A stretch of DNA of 64,000 nucleotides from Eledone cirrhosa. Taxonomy: Eukaryota. A model generated the notes under the pieces. It made no database searches and was not told the DNA's origin. It was given only the letters and a program-made list of their open reading frames with translations. Within the stretch, counting starts at the first letter, position 1, and each line of letters starts with the position of its first letter. This document shows, piece by piece, positions 13,944 through 27,342 of the stretch. The position numbers were made by a program, and so were the translations under genes. The DNA lies in assembly GCA_964016885.1 (NCBI GenBank), contig OZ024743.1, positions 161,448,001-161,512,000 of the forward strand, given 5' to 3'.

Positions 13944-15597
13944 AATAAAAAAAAATGTAGTTAATTTCCCTGTTTCTATATTGTTTGTTTGGAAGTACTT
14001 CTCCTATACATCCATTACCGGTACCATGATGAAGTTCCTCCAGCTCACCCTGTCTAGAGTATTGCCATCTGAATGTCCCTTGCCTCCAATCTGGTGTCAT
14101 CTTCAAGAACATCCTTCAGCATTGTGGTTTGTCTCCCAAGTCATCTGCTTGCTTTAGATTTCCAGAAAAGGACTCTGCCAGCAGGTTCAATGTGATGTTT
14201 CACATGTCCGGCTAATGCAAGCCTATTATGCCTTATGATGCCAGAAAGGCAAAAGTGTGAGCTTTAGAGCAATTTATTTTCTACATTTGTTTTCCAGGAT
14301 ATGTTCTGGACCTTTCTCAGCATCAGGTGACCATTAATCCCCTCTTTGTGAGTGTTTTGGTAGTATCCATGAATCACATCTGTAGAGGAGAATGGTCTCA
14401 TTGAATAGCCTCATTTTTGTAGTTTTCTTAACTGGAGACACCCACACCTTTGATAGGGAGCTGAGAGCCCCCTATGCTTTACCTATCCTGGTAACATGGC
14501 TAGGAAGTACTGTTTCTGTATTATAGTTCTCAAGAAGCACCCACTTTTCATTATGACTACTATGTTTGCTGCATAGAATATTTGATTTATTTTTTCTAGT
14601 TTTATTTATACTATTGTTAGTCTGATTATTTTAAACCTAAATGAATGAGTGAATGGTTGAGGGTCAGGCACCACTCTTTATGCTCTCTTCTGGATGAGTG
14701 GGCCTGATGAGCCCCAAGTTCTCTTCCAATCCAATTTACTGTCATGGTTAACTCCCTTAGCCTTCACCTCTATACAACAATGAGGGTTTATGCTCAGAGT
14801 TGTCCTCCTAGCCTGACTGCCTTCCAAGGGTGTCAAGCCCAGACCACTTGGAGTGAGGCACCCCTTAGCTTCTGTTAAATCATGTCTCTCAGTGTATTAA
14901 AATAATATTTCTTTAAACTGTTTCACTCTACTTTCAAAGGGACAAGGAGTAACAGAATGTCCTGTTCAGGGATAATGTTTTATTTTGTCTACTATTACTG
15001 TATGAAATAATTTCTTTTAATGCTGGATAACTTGGGGCAACTTAAAAGCTTATTGCATAAAAGATTTACATTTTGTCTGTTAAATTGCAGTATTTAGGTT
15101 TTTTTTATTTTTTATTTCTCTCAAATTTTTGATTTTGTCATTTTAATTGACTACATGACTGCTTATTTTCTGTCTTAACTACTAGTCTTTTGTCAATCTT
15201 ATAATTAACTAATTGGTATTTAGCCATGAATACACAAATCTCTTTTCCCAACATGTGCTACACATTATATACACACACATTATATTCAGCACATATCCGA
15301 CTTTAACATAATATTAAAGTCATTATTAACATCTACTCAAATGGCCACAACCACATCTTCCAAATGGGAAAATTACATGGAATAAAACGTTTAGTAGTAA
15401 ATGATTGTCAATTGAAAAATCAGCGAAATATATATTATTGTCTGTTTATTTCATCTACTTACTACTGAGAAAGCAATTCAAATTCTTAAATGAAAAAAGA
15501 AATGAATAAACAAATGTTACAGTCACAGCTTTAACACAAATGACTTGTGTATGGGTTTATATATTTCAATAAATAAATTTAGTTATATATATATATA

Positions 15598-16480
15598 TCA
15601 TCATCATCATCATCATAATCATTATCTAATGCCATTTTTCATGCTTGCATGGCTTAGATGGTTTGTCATGTTATGAGAAAATTCAGATCAAGTGGCTACG
15701 TATTGCTCATATGGATCTGTATTTCGGCTTAGTTTCTACAGCCTGGATGTTCTTCCGAATGCTAACCATGTTACAGTGTACACTGCATGCTTTTGGTCGT
15801 GTCACCAGCACAAGCACTTTACAGGGTGGACTGGGTGCTTTTTCTGGTGTCACCATCCTGACCACCTTACAGGATGGATTGGGTATTTTTGTTGTGGCAC
15901 CAGATCAGCATACAGGGTGGACTTAGTGCTTTTGTCATAGTAATGGCATTGTGGGAGATCAGATGTAAAGCGTCTCTAGTTTTCATGTTTGTATGTGTGG
16001 GTTAGGCAGGCAAGGTGTATTAGGGGTGTGGGTTTGGAAGGAGAGGGACAAGTAAGCAACATCGATGAGGTGCATGGGATATTTAGCTGGTTAGAGCAGA
16101 GTATTAAGATTGGGGAAAGTGAATGGGGAGGGGTGAAGAAAATATTGGTGCAGACTACTGTTTACTCTACATATATATTTCATTTCATTTTCTGCAGTAC
16201 AGCATGATGCCAGAGATCTCGATCCTGTGTCATCTTCTTTGTGAGGTTTAATTATGCAAGATCAGCTTTTATTACTTCATCTCAAGCTTTCCTAGGTATT
16301 CCTTTTCCACAGTTTCCATTGATTTTGAGTGTCCTGCACCTTTTTATACAGCTGCCATCCTGTATATACATCACTGTATATACCACTGCAATCTCCTCAC
16401 CCGTACACTGCATCTGACCCCATTTATGACTAGTTTCTCTCTCTGTTCATTGATGCTTTGTCCTTCATGCACACTGCCTG
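15598..16480 (-). mobile_element. Degenerate RTE 3' fragment
   Basis: (ATG)n tail, 3'UTR motif and decayed ORF C-terminus matching other copies. Confidence 0.7.
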
Positions 16481-17168
16481 CACAGTATATATATACACAC
16501 ACTATTACTACTACTGCTAAGCAAACTAGTTTAGTTCATAGTCAGTATCTTACTGTATTCTCCAAAGCCAAATAAAGTCTTGCTACAACATTAATATAAA
16601 AGGCTAAATTGTGAAACTTAAGATGTTTTGTCATGATTCAGTCCCATCTTTACAGAGGAGAGGTTTTTGATATTCATTGGCTTCTATCTATACTTTCTTT
16701 ACTCTTGTTCTCATACTACTAGCATATAGTTCACATTTACTTTTAGCAGCTAGTCTTTTATATTTACCTGCTGTTTAATGTATTTAGCATATGCTATTTC
16801 TTGAATTATTATATCAGAAATTATCTCATGCTATTAAATACAAACATCTGTCTCAAAAGATATCAATTCTTAACTAACAATTGGTTTAGATATGTGTTGA
16901 CAGCTGTCTTTAAGCTTCTTCCAATCTTGATAGAATCCTACATCAGAGAATCATGCTAACTAGATTATTTCTAAGGATATCATCTCTAATAACTACTGTC
17001 TTGTCATTGACAATGCCGTCACTGGGAAGCAAACCTAATACAGATGAGAGAGGAACAGGTAGTAAGGATAGCTAATGTCTGTCATTGAATTGTCATAGCA
17101 GGATCTGCTGGAGACAAAGTATAGCAACAGATGTACTGTTTACATCTTCAACTGATTGACTAAGTTAA

Positions 17169-17395
17169 CTCTTTCATTACCATATTTCTAATGAAATACA
17201 TTCTATTTCAAATAGTTAATGAAGAAGTTTGAAGGATTTACTAAAATTGTCAATTGTTTCATTACTAAGATAGTAACTTAATATATGGTTCTTATATAAA
17301 AATTATGTAGGAAGATTTTAATTGAAGACCTTTAAAATGGGTGATTTTATTTCATAGGATTAGAGCCAGTTTTGGTTGGTTTGGCAACTAAAGGG
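17169..17395. mobile_element. piggyBac-like MITE
   Basis: TTAA|CTCTTTCATTACC ... GGCAACTAAAGGG|TTAA; related copies at 21352-21596 and ~30067-30505 (the latter interrupted by an RTE tail). Confidence 0.65.
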
Positions 17396-20366
17396 TTAAG
17401 ATGTTCAATTCCAACAGAAGTAATAAGATTTACAATTTAACTCCCAAAAAGTAAAAAATGTTAATAGCTACTGATGTAATGTACCTTTGCCCCAGTTAAA
17501 TTGCAATAGACTAGTGGTCTATTCTGGGATAAACTTGTTTGAAACATTGTTTGGTACATTTGATGCTCCAGAAAATCTATAAATTATAATTAATGATTAT
17601 TTTATAATTATACTCACCTCCCATTTAACAAGCCTCCGTTTTGTTAAATGGGAGGTGAGTATAATTTCTTAACTGAGCACCACTATAAAATTAGCAGTTA
17701 TTTTAATAATTGGATTTTCCTGAATATGTGTTCAATTTCAAGGTGTATACAGTTTAGCAACAATTTATAGATTTCTCTGCTATCACTGTAAGAGTAACTA
17801 ACCTCTCTCTAATCTTTAGCCACACCAAAATTACCTTCCTTATGTAATGGAGCTTCCATTTTATACTGCACTACAAAATTGAAGGGAGATGTCATTGATT
17901 TCCCCTGTCTTCCACATCTCTGGTTTTATCTGATATGGTATAAGATATTCATGCTCTTTACATTCTGAGTTCAAATCCCGTCGAGGTCAACTTTGCCTTT
18001 CATCCATCACAAGTCAATAAAATAAAGTACCAGATAAATGATTTCCCTTCCCCACAAATTTCAGGCTTTGTGCCTAGATTAGAAATCATTATATGTGACT
18101 CATATAAGGGCGGTGGATTGGCAGTATCGGTAGAGGGTCGGACGCCATGCTGTGCAGCAGAGTTACGTCCCTTTACGGATTGAGTTCAAATCCCGCCGAG
18201 GTTAACTTTGCTTTTCATCCTTACGGGGTCGATAAAATAAAGTACCAATTATACAAAGAGATAATTGCTGGCCTTGTGCCAAAAATAGAAACAATTATAT
18301 GTGATTCATGCACTTTGCAGGACATTGCTGAAGAGCTTTTGCTGGAACTCTGTGATATAATCTTGAGCACCACATCATGGAAATACAGGGATTAGCCATC
18401 CATCCAAAATGTTCAACTTGATCTGAACAGACATGGGATGTTGCCCTGCTGACCTCCTAAATGCTATGCAAGTTCGAGATAGATTGTGAGATTTTATTAA
18501 GATCTCCCCCACTTGCAGAGGAGGGAACTCAAGTCTCTTAGAAATTAAAGTGAGTTATGTGAAACAACAAAGTAGATATGCAACCCTCTGCAGATAAATA
18601 ATCAACTCAGGCAGGATATTACTAGTACCTATGGTATGAGTATGTATGTACCCATAACTCCTGAATGATTCATAGGGCCGCCATATTGATATACAGCATT
18701 TCTAGGGCAATTTTAAACATGGCGAACCCCATCTCCTCTCCAGGTCTGATTACAGCAGATTTCTTCCAGAGAAGGATAGAGAATGGGAGAATGAAAGTGA
18801 GAAAGGTATATAGAGGAAGAATCAACCCCAGTATTAGACTGGTCCTTTTTTATCGACCTTAGATGGATGAAAAGCAAAGTTGACCTCAGCAGGATTTGAA
18901 CTGAAAGAGCAGAGTCAGAATGAATACTGCCAAACATTTTATCCGACTAATGATTTTGCCAATTCGCCACCTTCTATGGTATGAGAGAGATTTAAAATCA
19001 ATACAGAATGGTAATATAGTGAAGCAAATACAAATGGCATATATTCTAAATGTTGTATTGTCTCAGCTATCTCAACCAAAAAATAATTTATTTGTTATAG
19101 TTAGGGTTAATGTTCCCTATATGTTACTGGTGTGCTAAACAGTATGTTATTGGTACTGTATCAACTTCAGAAGGATGCAAACTGACTAAATTAAAGGATG
19201 CTGATAGGGTTTGAATTCAAGAAGTAGGAGGCTATGAAATTAAAAGGCTTACAACAAGCCGTCATCAATGTTTTAATACCACAATTTTTCTGCGTTGGCT
19301 TTAGCTGGACAGGTCTGTTATCCAAAAAGAACATCACCAATTACAATCTCATCTATGAAGACCAGGATTTGGGGATCTGACCTCGCCATTTTTTCTAATT
19401 ATTTCTCTTTCTCAAATATTCTATACCCTTATTCTACAAAACTTCACCCCCATTGTCAGAATCCATTTACATCACATCATCATCATGACCATTTAACGTC
19501 CATCTTCCCAAGTGAGCATGGGTTAGAGCATGTGAGACAAACCAAGTCAGATGACCAAGTCTTGCTCATACAGAACTGATTTGGGGCTTTGTTTCTATGG
19601 CTGGATGCCTTTCCTAATGCCAACCACATTTACAGTGTGTCCTGGGTGCTTTACAGTGTGGGCTGGGCACATGTTTATACAAACTGCATTCATCTATCCT
19701 GTATATATCAGCTCATGACTTTAATACCAAACCATTCCCTTAGCTCATGTATGCTCTGCCATTCATACAGGTTAACATTGTGCATCTAACAGATCATGCT
19801 CACCTCCTTTTTAGTCTCTGCAGATCTTCATCAATCAATCTCATTGTCTGATTGCCATAATTTCATAAAAGACTTTTCTACCTAAAGACTTTTCTATAAA
19901 CATCCTCTAGCTTATTATATATGATACTACGAATGTTAGAGTGGATAAGCAAAAATGGAAAGATTTTATTAAAATTATTATCATAGTCAAAGAAAAAAAA
20001 TATTCAAAATAATTGTTTTTGTTTTGATATTTCTTTTAAATCGTCATATTTCAATTTCTTTTTTGTTTTCCTTCTTTATATATTTTCTTTTTTTTTTCTT
20101 GCTATTTTTGGCAAGAAATTTTCAGCTAAATGACTAATAGCTAAAATATAGTAGTTTTTTTCCCTTCTTAACTTTTTCTATTTAATGATTTTGTTTTTCT
20201 TTTTCTTTTTATTGTTGCTATTGTCCTTCTTTTTCTTATTCTTTCACCCTTTTATCTTTTTCTTTCTTATTATTAATATTTTACAAGTAGTAGTAATAGT
20301 TAATCAGTTTTACTTCTCTGATAACAATTAGAGCTTGTGTTACTGACAGGAGTAACCTGCTGGGAA

Positions 20367-20441
<75 letters not shown>

Positions 20442-20786
20442 GGTAGACAAGGATGCAATTCAATTCAAGCACTCAACATCATATTACTTCTTCAAAATAA
20501 GGATGACGGAGAATAACAACTCAATTAATAAAGGGCTCTTTAACATCTACAATTTCGCATTTTCCTCATTACACATATATATATATATATATTGACGGGA
20601 ACAAAAAGATTGGTTTTCTATTCTCCTGCCACCACGTAAAATTTGTAAATTGGTGGCTAGTCGAGGGACAGTTGTATCGGGTTCCAGTTGCTAGTCGCTT
20701 TACCGTGTCAGTTGTCACAAACAGTCATGACCGGCATGGGCTGGGGTTTGGATTCTGTCGATCGATTGGTTATTGATTAGGCGATA

Positions 20787-20879
20787 CCCGCTGATGAAAC
20801 CACATAAGCCGATTATACATTGTTGCATAATATATGCAGACAGATGGTGCATTAAGTGTGGCTGAAACTCGAGTCCGGG
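20787..20879 (+). ncRNA. Type I hammerhead ribozyme with a canonical core, PLE-associated type
   Basis: Stem I CCCG/CGGG, CTGATGA, stem II AACCACAT/GTGTGGCT, GAAA, palindromic stem III ACTCGAGT, GTC cleavage triplet ending at C20875. Confidence 0.85.
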
Positions 20880-21660
20880 AAACAGTTATTGTCAAATATT
20901 TTGTAGCCTGTGTTTACATTTTTCTGTCAATATACATAAGGAAAAGATTCACATGCACACACATACACACACACCAGACTTTTGTGCAGCATCAGTCAGT
21001 GAAATTCTTCTCATGAGGTATTATATAATAATATTGTAGAAGACACCCAAAGTGTAACCCAGTGAGATCAAACCCCAAACAACATTGTTGCAAAGCCATG
21101 CATGTGTTCATATATCCCACCAATTTTTCAAGAAAGAAATAACAGTGAAAATTATTTTTTTCTTTTTAGCTTGCAGTGTTGAGTTGAAGATCTCCAAGGA
21201 TCTTTTGCTGATTATTGAAGTAGTCTTAGTCATCATAAATATGTTCACACTAATGCCATTTTTACTAATTCTTATATTTTGTTTTTTATTTTCTCTAAAG
21301 AAGTGGGTCTGTATCTTTTGGAAACCCTTATGCACTGGTTGATGCAGTTAACCATCTTGTTTCCATATTTCTATATAAATACACTGTCTATGTGTATCAA
21401 TTAATATTGAAAATTTGAAGAATGTAATAAGATAATTAAACTTTTCATTAGTAAGCTGGTGTTTGAAACATTATTTCACAAAAATGTCTTAAATAATGCT
21501 ATGATGAAAGATTTTAATATAAGTATAAACACTTTCGAATGAGCAGTGGTGTAACATAAAACCAGAGCAGTTTCAGGAATGTTTGTGCCAAACAGGTTAA
21601 TGTCAAATATTGACTCACTGTAAACAAAACTTTATGTATCCATATTTCTTGTATTTTCAG

Positions 21661-21817
21661 TCCAAGAAGCAAAAAACCTGGTGCCAATGGATCCCAATGG
21701 ATTAGCTGATCCATATGTGAAAGTGAAACTTATTCCAGATGAATCAAACAAAACCAAGAAAAAGACCAAAAGAACAAAAGCAACTTTGAACCCTATTTGG
21801 ACAGACGCGTTCAATTT
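21661..21817 (+). CDS. PKC: Conventional PKC exon, C2 domain N-terminal half
   Basis: tttcag acceptor and gtaagc donor; encodes [51 protein letters not shown], a typical cPKC C2 sequence; phase fits the next exon. Confidence 0.95.
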
Positions 21818-22393
21818 GTAAGCCACTTATATCATTTGCTAAACTCTTAACTGCCTCACATACTCTATGATTCCTATACTTCCCCAATATATATATATAT
21901 AGATATGTTAGAAAGTGAGGGTTTATTTACAAAATGAAAAATAACCGAGGTGTCCTACACGAGTGAAAGTATAAAGAAAAAAAGATGAAATCGAAAATGC
22001 AACTGGAGTCTTATTTTTTTTTAAATAAGACTCCAGTTGCATTTTCGATTTCATCTTTTTTTCTTTATATATATATATATATATACATATATGTAGATAA
22101 ATCTACCAAGAGTTTACGGTAGTGTCCAATCCGTATGAAGAACTCAATGTAATCAGGATATCATGGAAAGAAGAGATGCATTCAAAAATCACTTTCGGTG
22201 AAAGATAAACGGAATACAGAGTCAAGATAAAATATTAAAAAAATAATGAATAAAACAATGAAACAGTTCCTTATATTAAACAAAAAAAGTTCATTATTTA
22301 ACGATGTCCTAGAAACGATCGTTAAATAATGAACTTTTTTTGTTTAATATAAGGAACTGTTTCATTGTTTTATTCATTATTTTTTTAATATTT

Positions 22394-22435
<42 letters not shown>

Positions 22436-22794
22436 TGTGTGTGTGTGAATGTGTATATATAGATATAGATGCAGCATGTCTAGGTGTGTATATCATCATC
22501 ATCATCACCGTTTAAAGTCCATTTCCCATGCTTGCATCAGTCAGATGGCGGAGCCATCTGGCCAGATTTGTCTTAGTATTCCATTTCTCACTCTTAGTAT
22601 GGCACTTACTTAAATGTAAGTATGTATGTATACGTACATACATATATGTATACAGCTTGAAACTAGTACATCGTTCCTGTGTCAGTGTTGAACAAAAAGG
22701 TGACGTGGTTGCCTAAACACTGTACGGCATTATAATAAATGTTCAGTAAACCAATAGGTGCATATATATATGTGTATATATACATACTACTGTA

Positions 22795-22821
22795 CGTCTG
22801 TATACATATATGTATGTATGT

Positions 22822-22865
<44 letters not shown>

Positions 22866-22958
22866 ATGTATATATGTATGTGTTTATATATATGTATATA
22901 TATATATGTGTGTGTGTATATATGTATATATATATGTGTGTGTGTGTATATATATGTG

Positions 22959-23009
<51 letters not shown>

Positions 23010-23050
23010 ATATATGTATATATATATATATGTGTGTGTATATATATGTG

Positions 23051-23101
<51 letters not shown>

Positions 23102-23160
23102 ATATATGTATATATATATGTGTGTGTGTATGTGTATATATATGTGTATGTATATATGTG

Positions 23161-23215
<55 letters not shown>

Positions 23216-23222
23216 ATATATA
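22795..23222. repeat. Compound (TA)n/(TG)n microsatellite
   Basis: Directly visible; source of the spurious YIYI/CVCV ORFs. Confidence 0.98.
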
Positions 23223-23250
23223 ATTATGCAATAAACAATACAATATAATT

Positions 23251-23322
23251 ATTCCATTACCCAAGGTTTCACAAAGCTAACGATTCTAACAGAAACGCCT
23301 GATATCGTTCATCAGAAGGAAT
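23251..23322 (-). ncRNA. Hammerhead ribozyme-like motif, slightly decayed
   Basis: Minus strand ATTCCTT-CTGATGA-...-GAAA-CCTTGG-GTA-ATGGAAT; one mismatch in stem I and a weak stem II. Confidence 0.6.
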
Positions 23323-23508
23323 CTTTATTTGAATATAGGATAATAAATATATATATATATATATATATATATCATCATTATCACCATTTAACGTCCATTT
23401 TTTTCCCCCACAGACAAGGATTAGACGAGTTCTCCTGTTGTAAGCAATACCAGGACAAGTGACCATGTTTTGCTCATACAGAACCGATTTTGTGTGTATA
23501 TCTATATA

Positions 23509-23578
<70 letters not shown>

Positions 23579-24626
23579 AACAAATAAGACCTCGACGGCT
23601 GCGATTCGACGGCTAATTCTGGACTGAATGAAAATTTATTCTGGTATTTAAATAGCCGAGCTTGTCAAGGGGTAATTCCATATATGGTCAAAGAGATAAA
23701 CACCAGGATTGGTCACATCACAAGTTAGTAGTAAATCTGTGAAGGCAAAATGGTGGGGGAAGGGGTAGCTGAACCTGCCGGTAGGAGAAAAAGGGAGAGG
23801 GGGTGGAGTAGACCCATTCAAGCGTTGGTAGTGCCGGCTACAGCTGGGTGTGAGGTCAAAGAGGATACTGGGGAGGGGGAGGGGGAGGAAGTCGAAACGG
23901 TAAGTAAGAACAATGAAGGGTACAACTATGAAAAGTACTGGGAGAGAGAAAAGAAAAAATAAGCAAGGTCTGGTTACTAAGACTTAAGTCTCTCGCTATT
24001 GCTAGGCTAAAGAAATACATAAATAAACAAATAAGTGAATAAAAGAATAGATAAATAAATAAAAAATAAAAAAAATATATATATATATAATGAAGAATAA
24101 AAAATAAATAAAAATAAACTAGGTGGGACGGAAATAAAGGGACCCTTATACGAGGTATAAGTGCGTGTATCGTACGGTGACGGGTCAACAAAGGGGGGGG
24201 GGGGGGCGAAATACTAAAGAGACTACCACGAAATAATAAAGGTTTCTACCCCGATCACGGGGCCAGCAACCACCCAGAGCAAGAAGGTAAACTAGTACGA
24301 GAATATAATTCAGGGTCCCGCAAAAAAATACTCGTGCTAACTCTAAGGGTACCGCCACGAAACAAAAAGTCTTATACAGGCTACATGAAAGATCGTGCGA
24401 GGTAAAAGTAAGGAACGGAAAATTAATACAGAACTCCTCCCCCCCCTCCCCCCAAAAAAATGGAAAAAGAGGAAAAAAATACTGGTTAAACGAAAAATTA
24501 AAGCAAAAATGCCACTAAGAAATATAGAAGGCACGGAGAAAAGGGACAGCGGTCGGAGAAGGGAGCAAGTATCCGAAGTCTAACACCTCTGCTATAAAAA
24601 AAATCAGCAAAAACATCCTAGACCGC

Positions 24627-26141
24627 GTGATACCAAAAGTCAAGCAACACGCCCGCCTTAGCCTATGGATCAACACCCAGGAAGTTATCTCATGGTTCAG
24701 CAATATGGAGGATAAACGAGACACTAAATTTATCCAGTTCGACATAGAGAGCTACTATGCTTCTATCACCTTACCGCTACTTACTGCCGCCTTGGACTTC
24801 GCCGAAGCACTCGTGCCCATCACCGACCAGGAAAGAAAAATCATCCTCCACGCCAGGAAGACAGTCTTACTCTTTGACAACTCCAAATGGATAAAAAGAG
24901 CTCCCGACTCACCCTTCGACGTCAGCATGGGCGCTACGGATTCGGCGGAGGTCACAGATCTTATAGGATTATTCCTTATAGCCAAACTCACCGATATGTT
25001 TCCTGCTTTCGGTGGTGGATTGTACCGTGATGATGGGCTCCTTACCCTTAAAGGGTACAACCCCAGTAGTACAGATCGGGTCCGTAAACAATTAATCAGC
25101 TTCTTCTGCGACTGGGGATTTAAAATAACCCTACAAACGTCCCTGACCCGAGTTAATTTCCTGGACGTTACCCTCGATCTCAATAATGACCTGTACTACC
25201 CATACAGGAAACCCAATGACAACCTGCACTACATCCACCGCCGATCTAACCATCCTAGGAACATCACCAACAACCTGGTCAAAAACATCTCCCTCCGCAT
25301 ATCCCGTTTGTCAGCCAATGAGAAGATATTCGATGAACATGCGCCTTACTACAACCAGGCCCTCAAGCGGAGTGGCTTCCGGGAGGAAATATCCTACTGT
25401 CCAGCTCCCATTAGCGGAACCAGCAGGCGACACCGCCGCTCACGCAATGTAACATGGTTCAATCCTCCCCACAACGCAGAGGTGACAACTCCCATCGGGA
25501 AAATATTCTTTAGGCTCATTGAGAAACACTTCCCTCTACAACACCGCTACCACAACATAATTAACAAAAATACCATCAAACTCTCTTACAGCACTACACC
25601 AAACTTCGCACAAAACATCGCCTCCTCCAACAACAAAAAACTCAACCCTGATGGAAGAAATAACCTAAATAGCAGTGGAGAGCCGACCAGGAGGTGCAAC
25701 TGTCCTGATAGATCCATTTGCCCCCTCGACAACAGATGCAGAGACCGTAATGTGATCTACCAGTGCAACGTGAGGACGGACACCTCCAACAAAGCTTATA
25801 TAGGATTAACCGTATGTGACTTCAAGACCCGGCTATACCAACACAGACATACCTTCCGAAACCCGGCCCGGCGTCACGCCACTACACTTTCGGGCCATAT
25901 ATGGGACCTCAAGGACAACAACATCAACTATGATCTCACTTGGAAATTACTGTCCAGAGCCAACTCTTGCACGGGAGGACACCGTCCGTGCAATTTATGC
26001 TCGGAGGAAACTATACAAATGTTGTTTTCGACGAACCAACTCCTAAATAAGAAAGATGAACTGGTTACTGCATGTAAACACCGATTACGTAGGACTTACC
26101 TCGCCCTCAAACCCCATAATGACCCGGGGGGGGGGGGGTAG
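24627..26141 (+). CDS. PLE reverse transcriptase and GIY-YIG endonuclease, 5'-truncated with an uninterrupted frame
   Basis: FDIESYY, MGATDSAE, GLYRDDGL, FLDVTL, YRKP, CNC...CPL...C, NVIYQC...AYIGLT...FKTRLYQH, CNLC...LLNKKDEL; the frame runs upstream to the inverted-repeat junction near 24600. Confidence 0.93.
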   Translation: MIPKVKQHARLSLWINTQEVISWFSNMEDKRDTKFIQFDIESYYASITLPLLTAALDFAEALVPITDQERKIILHARKTVLLFDNSKWIKRAPDSPFDVSMGATDSAEVTDLIGLFLIAKLTDMFPAFGGGLYRDDGLLTLKGYNPSSTDRVRKQLISFFCDWGFKITLQTSLTRVNFLDVTLDLNNDLYYPYRKPNDNLHYIHRRSNHPRNITNNLVKNISLRISRLSANEKIFDEHAPYYNQALKRSGFREEISYCPAPISGTSRRHRRSRNVTWFNPPHNAEVTTPIGKIFFRLIEKHFPLQHRYHNIINKNTIKLSYSTTPNFAQNIASSNNKKLNPDGRNNLNSSGEPTRRCNCPDRSICPLDNRCRDRNVIYQCNVRTDTSNKAYIGLTVCDFKTRLYQHRHTFRNPARRHATTLSGHIWDLKDNNINYDLTWKLLSRANSCTGGHRPCNLCSEETIQMLFSTNQLLNKKDELVTACKHRLRRTYLALKPHNDPGGGG

Positions 26142-27342
26142 ACTAGGGCTATAACACTCCACTTGCCTATTTTGTAAGGGGTAACCCCTGCTTGCCAATG
26201 GAGACGTAAGACCTTCTTTTACTTTCTTTTATCGCTTCCTTTATATTTCCTCCTTACCCCCATCCCTCCCTAGCCCTTCTACCCCAGTTCCCTTTCTTTG
26301 TCGTCGTCTTTTTCTCGCCCACCCGAGGTAGCCCCTAGGTCCCTCGTCGCTTCAGCACCCCCCCCCCCCCTCCCCTATTCTATGATAGATTTGACTGACT
26401 CCGCTTTTTATAGCAGAGGTGTTAGACTTCGGATACTTGCCCCCTTCTCCGACCGCTGTCCCTTTTCTCCGTGCCTTCTATATTTCTTAGTGGCATTTTT
26501 GCTTTAATTTTTCGTTTAACCAGTATTTCTTTCCTCTTTTTCCATTTTTTTTTTTGGGGGGGGGGGAGTTCTGTATTAATTTTCCATTCCTTACTTTTAC
26601 CTCGCACGATCTTTCATGTAGCCTGTATAAGACTTTTTGTTTCGTGGCGGTACCCTTAGAGTTAGCACGAGTAGTTTTTTGCGGGACCCTGAATTATATT
26701 CTCGTACTAGTTTACCTTCTTGCTCTGGGTGGTTGCTGGCCCCGTGATCGGGTTAGAAACCTTTATTATTTCGTGGTAGTCTCTTTAGTATTTCGCCCCC
26801 CCCCCCCCTTTGTTGACCCGTCACCGTACGATACACCCACTTATACCTCGTATAAGGGTCCCTTTATTTCCGTCCCACCTAGTTTATTTTTATTTATTTT
26901 TTATTCTTCATTATATATATATATATATATATTTTTTTTTTTTTTAAATTTATTTATCTATTCTTTTATTCACTTATTTTTTTATTTATTTATTTATGTA
27001 TTTCTTTAGCCTAGCAATAGCGAGAGACTTAAGTCTTAGTAACCAGACCTTGCTTATTTTTTCTTTTCTCTCTCCCAGTACTTTTCATAGTTTTACCCTT
27101 CATTGTTCTTACTTACCGTTTCGACTTCCTCCCCCTCCCCCTCCCCAGTATCCTCTTTGACCTCACATCCAGCTGTAGCCGGCACTACCAACGCTTGAAT
27201 GGGTCTACTCCACCCCCTCTCCCTTTTTCTCCTACCGGCAGGTTCAGCTACCCCTTCCCCCACCATTTTGCCATCACAGATTTACTACTAACTTGTGATG
27301 TGACCAATCCTGGTGTTTATCTCTTTGACCATATATGGAATT

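Noticed and set aside
14701-14730. CTGATGAG motif
   Set aside because: No downstream GAAA or stem III; it lies in an old RTE-like remnant.
22739-23264. Long YIYI/CVCV ORFs (also 8176-8532, 27389-27676 and others)
   Set aside because: Translations of (TA)n/(TG)n microsatellites, not genes.
24755-25183. Antisense ORFs overlapping PLE and RTE coding regions
   Set aside because: Shadow ORFs of the opposite-strand coding sequence.
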